A stretch of DNA of 63,697 nt, counting the filler, from Syncephalis fuscata S228 (taxonomy: Eukaryota > Fungi > Zoopagomycota): NCBI GenBank assembly GCA_025786725.1. It is 4 parts of 4 records of this genome, joined end to end, with 100 filler letters (N's around TTAATTAATTAA, not from the genome) between each part and the next. Parts side by side here need not be neighbours in the genome. Positions count along the whole stretch, not along the records: positions 51,091 to 58,878 come from JAHLTZ010000321.1; positions 58,979 to 63,697 come from JAHLTZ010000341.1; 2 more parts are not named here. One strand, 5' to 3'. Position 1 is the first letter of the stretch, and each line of letters opens with the position of its first letter. Below are positions 50,991 through 63,697 of this stretch, in pieces. Under the pieces are notes generated by a model that was given only the letters and a program-made list of their open reading frames with translations, did no database searches and had not been told where the DNA came from. Position numbers and translations under genes: made by a program.

Positions 50991-51090
50991 NNNNNNNNNN
51001 NNNNNNNNNNNNNNNNNNNNNNNNNNNNNNNNNNTTAATTAATTAANNNNNNNNNNNNNNNNNNNNNNNNNNNNNNNNNNNNNNNNNNNN
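50991..51090. other. Artificial contig-joining linker
   Basis: N44-TTAATTAATTAA-N44. Confidence 0.97.
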
Positions 51091-52288
51091 GGTAAGTATT
51101 ACACTAACTATTAAACATTGTACTAATGATAATTTATATTGCTTATTATTTATTAGACATCAAGGCAAGTATTTTATTTACTGACGTTTTAGTAACAAAT
51201 ATTAACATTGCTTTTAGTTGGAAAATGTGCTGCTGATGAATGCCGAGGATAATCCTAGAGTTGTTCTTTCGGATTTTGGTTTGGCACGGACAACCTCATC
51301 CACAGATCCGCCACTAACTGTTTTTTGTGGCACGCCAGGATATGTAGCACCCGAAGTACTATTATGCACAAACCATCGTGCTGATTGGCTTCAGCAAGTA
51401 TATAAACGTGATAGAGAACTTGATGGCGCCATTAAGAAGTTCGCTTTTAGTCATAGCGGTTATGGCAAAAAGGCGGATGCTTGGAGCCTTGGAGTCACAT
51501 TATTTTGTTTGTTCACACGTAAGTGCACAACTCAAATATAATATTATAATACCTAATACGCGTTTTAGGTAAATTTCCTTATAACAATAAGGATATGATC
51601 AAGTATATCATAAAAATATTCTATGATAATATTGATTTTAACAACTTGGACCGCCCAGATTTAAGTGATAATGGTAGGTGACAATGTATTAAATAATACA
51701 AAAACTAACTTTATTATAGCAAAAAAATTAATATGTCGCCTACTTACTTTCGATATAACAATGCGATGTAATATCGAAGAAGCATCAGAAAGTGAGTGGC
51801 TCACAACATCGCCAATCCATTCACCTGCTGAGTCATCATCCACTTATTCGCCTGTGCCATTACCATCTAACAACCCATCTACTACGCCAAAATCTACTTA
51901 TTTACCTACTGCACCGTCATCTATATATTCACCTGCTACACCACCACCATTCATTAATTCACCTATTACACCACCATTCATTCATTTACTTGGTACGCCT
52001 TTATTTATTCATTCACCTGTGGTATTACCATCCGCCCATTCATCTGCTACACCATCATCTATCCATTCACCTATCGCATCACCACCCACTCATTCATCTG
52101 CTGCGCTTTTACTTAAAGAAGATTCAGCTAAAGTGGCTGCTAATATATTAATCCCACAGGATACAAAACGATTGCGATCGTTTGAATCCTTTGAGATAAA
52201 AAAACAAGTTAAAACAACACACAAAAGTAAGTAATACTTGCAATACATACATTCAGATATTAACAAACAATCAGATACTTCAGTGTAG
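51091..52288 (+). CDS. Ser/Thr protein kinase (CAMK/Chk2-like), C-terminal part, with Ser/Pro-rich repeat tail; stop at 52234 or 52288 depending on last intron
   Basis: (D)IK|LENVLL, LSDFGLAR, FCGTPGYVAPEVL, GYGKKADAWSLGV, AKKLICRLL...RC. Confidence 0.85.
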
Positions 52289-52460
52289 TTTGTATATTAG
52301 TTTAACAACTCTATTTGTTTTAATAAATTGTTTAATTTTACTACTACTCTAGATATTTTAGTATCATAATCATATGATCAATTTATTGCATTTATTGCCC
52401 AGCTAAACAATGTGTTAATAATACATGCTATTACACTAACATTTAACAGTTTATTAATAA

Positions 52461-53100
52461 TTTAATATGATTTGGGGGTCAATGACTATATTTGATAACA
52501 TTCGCGTAGTTGAACTAAAATTTCAATCTATTGAACATGGGGACAAGTGGTGAGTTTTATTTAATCGTCACATCATCACACTTATTGCTTTTTTGGGGGA
52601 CAAATGACTAATATTTAATAACGCCCAATCTATTGAACATGATGATGGGTGGTGAGTGACATCAGTCATCAAATACTCGTCATCATAGATTCGTTATCCA
52701 CTATGCATATATCCACCATTTACCTATATCATTCCCATATTATTTCATACCATCATATATTATTTTATTTATATTAATTTTTATTTGTTATAGACTTTAG
52801 ATATAAATAGTCTAAAAAGTTCAATAGGCAAAACGAATTATAATTTATTAATAATAAAGCAAGCTAAAAAACATAAAATGATACATAAATAGCAAATGTA
52901 TGTAGAAAGTTATACAAAACAATGTCAAAGTTATAGCGCATATAACGTAATGAGTGAACTGAACAAAGTTTATTAAAATATATAAACAATAGAATGTATT
53001 CAGTATATCATAGAATAATATATAGTAGTATGGGACAGAATGGGAATGATATATGTGCACTGGATATATGCGTACTGAATAATAAATCTACGATAGTGAT
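52461..53100. mobile_element. AT-rich non-autonomous TIR element, copy 3 (same orientation as copy 2, right end truncated)
   Basis: TTTAATATGATTTGGGGGTCAA start, CTATTGAACATGGGGACAAGTGG and CTATTGAACATGATGATGGGTGGTGAG modules, shared TAAACAATAGAATGT interior. Confidence 0.72.
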
Positions 53101-53251
53101 TGACACTGGGATATTGTAAATGTATTTGAATAAATAAATGACGCAATACACATTATTGTTTTGCTTTACTATCTTTATCACTTATTGCCAACTTTCTAGC
53201 TTCAATTTGACTCTTTATTATTTGAACATCTATATTCAATATTTTACATAA

Positions 53252-54828
53252 ATGTCTTTGTTTCCAGAATTCTTGCCAATGAACCAAGGACCTCTTCTTG
53301 AGTTTAAAGCAGGCCGTCTTTTCCGAGATGGCAATACAAATTGGGTACGACCTGATGAAGCTAGAGGACTCATCTATTTGGACAAGGTATGTAGCTGTGC
53401 ACGTTTAGAAAAACACATCCACTTATTGATCGTGTCTATTTGTATTGCTACACACTTAGCCCGATGGTTTATTGCATTTCTACTGGAAAAATCGCGATAC
53501 CAATAGTATTACTGAGGTAAGTAGTTTAAATGGCTGGTTATGCAACCTGTCACGCTGACTCCTTTATTTTTATCTTGCTTGTTCTAATAGGATCTTATTA
53601 TTTTTGCCGATGATGCCGAGTTCTTCAAAGTATCGCAAAGCTCAGGTCGCGTCTATGCTCTTAAATTCAGGTCATCTGGCAACACAATGTTCTTCTGGAT
53701 GCAACACGCGGATGAAGAACGCGACGAAGTACTTTGCCAACGCTTGAACGACATTATTGCTAATCCTGATGCAGCCGGTATGTATATTCTATAGTATTTA
53801 TTAAAGTATAAATAAACTAATAATAATAATAATAATCTACGATATTGGTTCTAGATATGATGGAAGATCGCGACGCCTTAATGCAAATGCTTAATAGCTC
53901 AATGGATTACAAGTAAGTGTGCTTAAATACATTAAATCATTATTTATATACTAATGTGCGGTCATCAGTATCGACGAAGAAGATGCTGGAGAGCACCATG
54001 AACCTTTATTAAGCGCCACAGCTCCTACACCTGCTTCTGCTGGAGGAGAGATCAATCTACAAACGAACCAATTGAATAATCTTCGCGAGTTACTGGCTAA
54101 TATTACTGTGCCAGAAGGTAATGGTAAGTTAAGATATGCCATATTTAACCACGAGTACATACACAAATACACATAAATACATATTGGTACTAATAATTAC
54201 AATTGCTAATAGAAGGCCAAACATCTAATGCAGCTCTATCACTCGGTGATGTGCTTACTGTTAAAAATATTCAACCACTTCTTAATGATTCCGATCTATG
54301 TTCAGGTATTTGTTATTATTAATTGTAATGAATATTTATTAGTATACTTATATAACAATCATCATAGCGGTATTTCCTCATTTACCAGAGGGTGCGCCTC
54401 AAACAGCCGATGAAGTAAAGGAAGTGGTAGCCAGCCCACAATTCCGTCAAGTAAGTTGCTTGTATTTTAAGAAACATTTAAATTAATGTACAATCTAGTC
54501 ATTGGCATCACTTAGTGAGGCATTAAACACAGGCCAACTTGGACCATTAGTACAAGAATTAGGTTAGTAACTATTGGTTAAATCACTGTAGTTTATTAAT
54601 AATGATATCAAATACAACTGTATAGGACTACCACCTTCTGCTGGTAATGGTAAGTTGTATCACTAACTATTTATTCTGCATTACTCATCTCACTATAATT
54701 ATAACACTATAGGCGTAGAAGCATTCCTTCAAGCCATTGAGACGTGTGCTCGTCAACGTGCCTCTGAAGTTGAAGAAGAGATGCAGGCTGATCCAGCACC
54801 AAATAACGCCGATCAAATGGAAGAGTAA
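53252..54828 (+). CDS. RPN13: Proteasome ubiquitin receptor Rpn13/ADRM1, multi-exon
   Basis: Pru domain LLEFKAGRL...RGLIYL...DGLLHFYWKNR...DLIIF...SGRVYALKF...FFWMQ; DEUBAD-like VVASPQFRQ..SLSEAL.TGQLGPLVQELG...VEAFLQAI. Confidence 0.92.
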
Positions 54829-54922
54829 ATAAATAAGCTTTGTTGTCGGCATCATAATAGCCATTATCATTTAAACAATAGAAATACTATAATGTCAAAT
54901 TTTTATATATTCCATAGTTATA

Positions 54923-55585
54923 TTAAACATCATGGTTATGTTCATGACAGTGATGCTTATGTTGTTATTGCTATTGCTACTACTTGCTATTGTTGGTGTG
55001 CTATTCTGATGATTATCTAAATCATCCTTTGGTGTGGATGCCGCAGAAGGCTTCTTATGGTAGCGAGGTGCCTTTTCATAGGCATTTGGGCTTGGTGATC
55101 TATTCGATCGATGGCGGTGTCGTCTACGCCGTGAAGTTCTTTGTTTACTTGACCCTTCATCAGAAGAGGAGCAACAGGAGGAAGAGGAAGAGGATTCATC
55201 GCTAGAGGATTCGTCAAATTGGCGCCGCTTTTTAAATATACAACAAACTATTACCGTAAAGTATTAGTCTAGGTTGTTCATAAAAACGGTGGTGGTTTAG
55301 CTTACTTTTCGATTTTTGACGATTCAAATTCTCGTTATCTACCACTGAATCATCCCAACGTATTCTACGACGTTCAGTGGTATTTGTATCTGCTTCACTG
55401 GCTATTTCCCCATCAGCTGCGACGGCAGCCTCTGGCACTGCTTCACCCGATAGACGCAATACACCACTAGGTGGAATAAGAGCTGTTGTAGTAACAGTTG
55501 TGGAATCCGCTCTATTGGCCATCATCTCTCGTGTCTGTACCGAGTTATGATGAGCATTAGAGCTCGATCCCGTTAAACGTGACAT
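54923..55585 (-). CDS. YPI1: Protein phosphatase 1 inhibitor-3 (Ypi1/PPP1R11); 3' end approximate (probable 1-nt error)
   Basis: RRIRWDDSVVDNENLNRQKSK|ICCIFKKRRQFDESSSD...SPNAYEKAP. Confidence 0.9.
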
Positions 55586-56124
55586 ACTCTGTCGAAATAG
55601 TGCTAAACTGTGTCACTAGTAGTGTTAATGAGATAACAATAAAAATAATAACTAGAAGAATGTATAGCCACATTCACTAGGAAAGATATTACTAATTTTT
55701 ATTATTCATTTTTCTTGTTTAACTCAAACATGAAATCATACTTATCATCGTCATATGGTATTTAATTAAATAACATAGAATCTTAATGTAATGCATCTGT
55801 ATACGAGCATGGATGTGCTCACTATTATACAGCTATTTATTCAATGGTTTACCATATATTATCGTATCATTGTATCATATATAGGATTTGGACAACCTGT
55901 CATAGTAGTTGCTGTGTTACCATGTATAATTTCCATTCAAAGTGGTGTAGAACGCCAAACCGGACATGCTACTACTAGTTATAGTAGCAGTACAATAAAC
56001 CTGACACTTGTGCTTCAACTCCTTCTAGTCCCTTTTCTTACTAGTACTTCTTTCTATATGGAATTACTTTTTTATTCATAGCTATTATCAAAACAAGCTA
56101 TCACAAGGAATTCCGCTCAATAAT

Positions 56125-58074
56125 ATGTCACTTTTTACTAGTTGCATTTCGTTAACACGAGCCAGTGTTCCACAAAACGGTCGACTATGTACGATAGCTG
56201 CTCAAAAAGCGGCCTTTACTTTTTATCGAGCCATTCATTACAAGTAAGTCAAGGGGAAATAAGTAGCTTAGAATTATTTATTATTATTATTTAGTCGTAA
56301 TATAGCCAATACTACAATAAAAAGTAGTCAAAGTGTATTAAAGCCATTCTGTTTCAATCTAAATACTTTACAGGTAAATAAAGACTAATTAAAATAGTAT
56401 TAATAATTAATCAATATTAGGGACGTGCTTTATTGGCAACATCATCGACTGCTTGTCATAGTAATGCATCAACAGAGTACAACAGTAAAAGCAATAACGA
56501 TGTTACGCCAATTCATAAAGATATCAAAAATAATGCCACTTTAACTAATATTAACACAACTGGCGTGACACTTGACTGGCAACAAGGATCTACTAATGTG
56601 TTGTAAGTTATATTTATAAGTAAATCTACATTTTTATTAAATCATTGATAGTTCACATATGTGGCTACGTGACCATTGCAACTGTTCAGCATGTCAATAT
56701 CCTGGCACAAAACAAAGATCTTTAAATACATTTGAGGTAAGTGTACACTTATTACTCAATGATTAGTATAATTTACACTATTGACCAGATTCCTTTGGAT
56801 ATTCAACCGAAAACAGTTGAGATTTGTAATAATCAACTTCAATTAACATGTTTGTAAACCTATAAATTAAATCACATTAACATTAATATAATTATATTAA
56901 ATAACTAATAGGGCCAGATGGACATTGTACAAATTATTCACTCGACTGGCTACATCGACATACACCAGAAGCGTACAAAAATGAAACTACGCCTAAACTT
57001 AGTCTATGGGATGCTCAATTGGCGCGATCATTACCCACTGTATCGTATAATGATGTAGGTGGTCTATTATTTTAAATACATATAATAAATAATGCATTTA
57101 CTACTATAGGTGATGCATACTGAAGAAGGTGTAAAACAATGGTTACAAAACATTGCAAGTAACCACTATAGCAATAGTGTATCCAACTAATGAAAGCTTT
57201 ATTAGGAACGTTATGGTATTGGATTTGTAGAAGGTGTACCAGTCAATTCAAAAGACACTGAAAAGCTAGTAACGCGTATTAGTCATGTTCGACATACGCA
57301 TTTCGGTAAACTAGCCTGTGCACAATTAATAGCAAGCTAACCTTATTCTAGGTGGATTTTGGGAATTAACATCGGATATGTCATTCAATGATATGGCTTA
57401 TACAGCAAAGCCCCTTGATCTCCATACAGATAACACTTATTTCACTGAACCAGCTGGGTATGTTAGCATTTACTTGATAAACACCCATCTAATAAGCCAA
57501 TACTAGACTTCAAGTGTTCCATATGTTACACCAAGCCGAACGAGGAGGTGAATCTACTTTTCTTGATGGATTCCATGCGGCCAATCTATTAAAACAACAA
57601 GATCCGGATGCTTATCGCATTCTATCCACCATTAGAACCAATGCCACTACCTGTGCCAGTGACCATTTAATTATACAGCCCATCCATAGCTATCCAATAT
57701 TAAATCATTTATCCGTGGAGGGACAACCAATAACTACCCATAATGCAAATAGTCCATCACCCTTTGGTAGATTGTTCCAAGTTCGCTACAATAACGAGGA
57801 CCGTGCACCATTAACACTAGGCATTAATGAGACCCACGATTATTATCGCGCTTTACGGTCATGGCAGTCGATTATACGTGATCCATCGAATATACTTGAG
57901 CTAGCCCTCCCTCCCGGTCTAGTTGTTTGCTTTGATAATTGGCGTGTACTTCATGGCCGCAACACATTTGTGGGTAAACGACAACTATGTGGCTCTTATC
58001 ATGGTGTAGATGATTGGCGTGCTCGACTACGAGCATTGGTTGAAAATAATCATTCCAGTAATAACACCAAATAA
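56125..58074 (+). CDS. TMLHE: Trimethyllysine dioxygenase (TauD/TfdA, carnitine biosynthesis), probable mitochondrial presequence, many exons
   Basis: WLRDHCNC..C....TKQRSLNTF, DMAYT..LDLHTDNTYFTEPAGLQ, GGESTFLDGF, QVRYNNEDRA, FDNWRVLHGR. Confidence 0.85.
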
Positions 58075-58105
58075 ACAAACGCTTTATTTCACATCTTATA
58101 AACCA

Positions 58106-58878
58106 CTAAACCAGTCGAGAATACAACTGGAATTCATAGCTTAGTCCATTCTTTTCATTGGTCAAAAGACCTTCTGGATATTCGTCATACTCGATAGTGC
58201 TATCCGTACCCGTTATAACTGCTCGTCTCTTCAGCATATCCGCTTGGAATTCCGTATGTGTACAACGTCTCCAACCAGCCGCAGTAATCGTCTCTGGATC
58301 TTGTGAGAATAGTGAGGGAAAGTGAGCCGTAGCATGAGGTACATGTGTATGAACACGCGTAATATATGCACGCTCACAACTTGGATGGGCCACTGCTTCA
58401 GCATATAACCGTGTTCCACCACAAATAAATATTTCCGCTACATCTGATTGTTGTAACAATAACTGCAATGCATCCTCCAATGATTTAGCGGTCAAAACAC
58501 CATCAGGCAAGCTAAAATGTTGTTGTTATCGAATAAATCCACATAAATAGTAATAGGTTAGCACAAAGGCCTATGGGGCATGCCGTTATTGCTCCGCCCA
58601 CTGTTGTTGCTGCTTACGTTTTTATGAACGCGTCATTACTTGTTAGGACAACATTTAATCGGCCGGCAAGGGGTCTCAACTTTTCAGGGAGACCCGAGTA
58701 AGTTTCGCGGCCCATAATGGCGGCGTTACGATAGTGCGAGGGATACTCGCCTTGAGGCAACTCCGTACTCACTCTATGGAAATGCGCCATATCGCGCGGT
58801 AATCGCCAAGGTAGATTATGGCCCACCCCAATACCATTATCTAACGAACACGCCACCACCACGTGAAATGTCTTTAGT
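58106..58878 (-). CDS. DFR1: Dihydrofolate reductase (start cut by contig end), 2 exons
   Basis: VVACSLDNGIG...LPWRLPRDMAHF, NAAIMGRETY, RPLAGRLNVVLT, IFICGGTRLY, YITRV, YEFQLY. Confidence 0.95.
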
Positions 58879-58978
58879 NNNNNNNNNNNNNNNNNNNNNN
58901 NNNNNNNNNNNNNNNNNNNNNNTTAATTAATTAANNNNNNNNNNNNNNNNNNNNNNNNNNNNNNNNNNNNNNNNNNNN
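58879..58978. other. Artificial contig-joining linker
   Basis: N44-TTAATTAATTAA-N44. Confidence 0.97.
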
Positions 58979-59199
58979 CATTGTTAAGTAGTAGACGCTA
59001 TGGGCGTTTAGTAACCAGTCGTTTGTTCACGTTTCTGCAGCGGCCACCGCACCACTAGGTGATTCGGTGTTGATGTTGGTAATAGACAAGAAAAAAAGAA
59101 ACGATCAGTGAATAAATAGTTGTAAAGTTGAATTCCTTTTTCTTAGCCCATTGCCATTTTGTGTGTGTATTGCTTCTCTTTGTGGATTCAAGTGTTAAA

Positions 59200-61844
<2,645 letters not shown>

Positions 61845-63697
61845 TAAGCTATTGCATATATAAAATATTTTGGTTAAAATAAACAACTAATGGCTGTCAT
61901 CAGTGTCACAATGTTTGGGAATAATAGCTAGAATTTTAATAATGAATTGCTTTTAGGATTAGATGAAATAATTAAAAGTGAGTTGTGATATAGTGTTTAT
62001 TTATTTAATAAAATGTATTAGTTTATATATTAGTTGTTCATTTAGCATAATGGTAATAGCAATACTGTGCATGGCTGCAAGACAAATTAATATCTATAAT
62101 AATAATACAGTTAGCAATAAACAAACAACTTTTATTAATGGTACGTAATTAGTCGCCGATATATTAGTGTACAATATGACGAATGAATAAATTGCGATTG
62201 AGAAATAAGAATATATGATAGAATGATACTATTATGATAAAAAAGAATTTAAAATATGGGTATGATAACTACGCAGTATCATTTGTTGTTTATCTTGTTA
62301 GTATATATTAAGTCTGTCTCCTTTTAAAAATATTTATAATTTGAATCATAGCATAATATCATGAACACAAGCAGCAATACAATATCTTTAAATCTATACA
62401 ACATAACAGTTACAAGAGTAGTAGTTGAGCAAAATGCAGATAGTTTGAAGCAGAAAATAAAGTTTACTATTTGATAGTTTTAATCGTGCAAAACAACAAA
62501 GTGGTGCTGGTTGTCAGTGTTATTACCAAGCAATTTAATGAATGATTATTGATTCAATAATAAGTATACAAAAGACATTTTGGAATATACACTAAAATAC
62601 GCAATAATTTGTATGATTTTATATATGTTTGTTGATAGCATGCTTAATTGAATAAATATAGCAATATTTGATTTATAAATTAAAAATGACATATTTTGAG
62701 TGAGATTATTAGGATATATTGCAAACAAATGCTCTACAATAATCCATAACAAACATTGGTGCCAGCCACAGTATTGGACCAGAAAACAGTGCAAAATGAA
62801 ACTCCAGCATAGTATCGTACAAATACTGGTGCTTAGAAAGAAATACTGATGAGTGAGATTGTTCAGGCGATTGAAGAGAAAGACAATCAACGGAGAAGTA
62901 ACTACGCATATACACAATACGGCTATCGTTCTAACGGCAGTACGCGACTACTTTGGCAACTATATGCTGCTAAATCCTTGTATACTTTGCCTTTAATATA
63001 GATTGCCACTGTATATTGCTCTGACCGTAGCCTATATTGTCTCGGCAGTAACAGAGCATGTTGCTATTATTGAGATTGCAAAGCAAAGCATACAACTAGA
63101 CTTCACAGTATATATTCAAAACAACACAAAAACAAGCCAGGAATGCACTTACCGTGTCAAAGAAGCTGCCAATACCAATTATCAAAGTAATGAAGGTAAT
63201 TACAAAAGAGCAAGGCAAAGACATAGTGTAGAAGGTGTTTGTACTTGACTAGTAGCCAGTCAAGTACTGACTATCTAGTTAGCATATATGGAGTGTACAA
63301 GTATATGCAATGGATATATGCTGTTAAGTGTGAAGAAAGAGAAAGGAAATGTGATGACGTAGATTGTGAGATGTGAGCCTGCCAGTCAATATTTATAAAC
63401 AGCCGAGTTTAATTGATTAATAAATGAAGTGTAAATAATAAAAGTCAATCTACCCAACATGTTGGTACATCATAGAACAGATTGATAGTAAATGAATAAA
63501 TGCATTAAGAATAAAAGTCATTTTACCACCAAAACTACTCATTATTATAAAACATATATTCAGTATAATAGTAAATGTATTAAAAGAATAAAAGTCATTT
63601 AACACCAAAATCATTATTACAAAACATATCAATTCTCATCGCATTATAGACTATGGAACAATGTTTATTTATATATATATGCAAGTAATGGTAAAGA

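Overview
AT-rich, intron-dense fungal genomic DNA. By inference it comes from an early-diverging fungus, most compatible with a Zoopagomycota mycoparasite such as Syncephalis, based on short AT-rich introns, a GH46 chitosanase and a divergent S8 protease. The window is four contigs joined by artificial 100-nt N/TTAATTAATTAA linkers (1-29079, 29180-50990, 51091-58878, 58979-63697), so synteny across linkers is meaningless. Single-base deletions in RPL3 and HIRA show that the assembly has indel errors. It holds about 22 protein genes (mostly housekeeping), an SRP RNA gene, a long foldback element and a three-copy TIR repeat family. Three things stand out. (1) A 6.3-kb inverted-repeat locus carries two FN2-TM-SH3 receptor-like paralogs whose flanks are near-identical but whose central ~750-bp cassettes are strongly diverged; they bracket a RAD51D gene whose last exon lies in both arms, making this a candidate flip-flop or cassette-switching receptor system. 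(2) Two decayed Fanzor (eukaryotic TnpB) genes of different subfamilies, missed by the ORF track; one has a spliceosomal intron and the other a downstream candidate omegaRNA hairpin. (3) A Kelch-ectodomain single-pass receptor pseudokinase. All calls are by eye; no searches or alignments were run.
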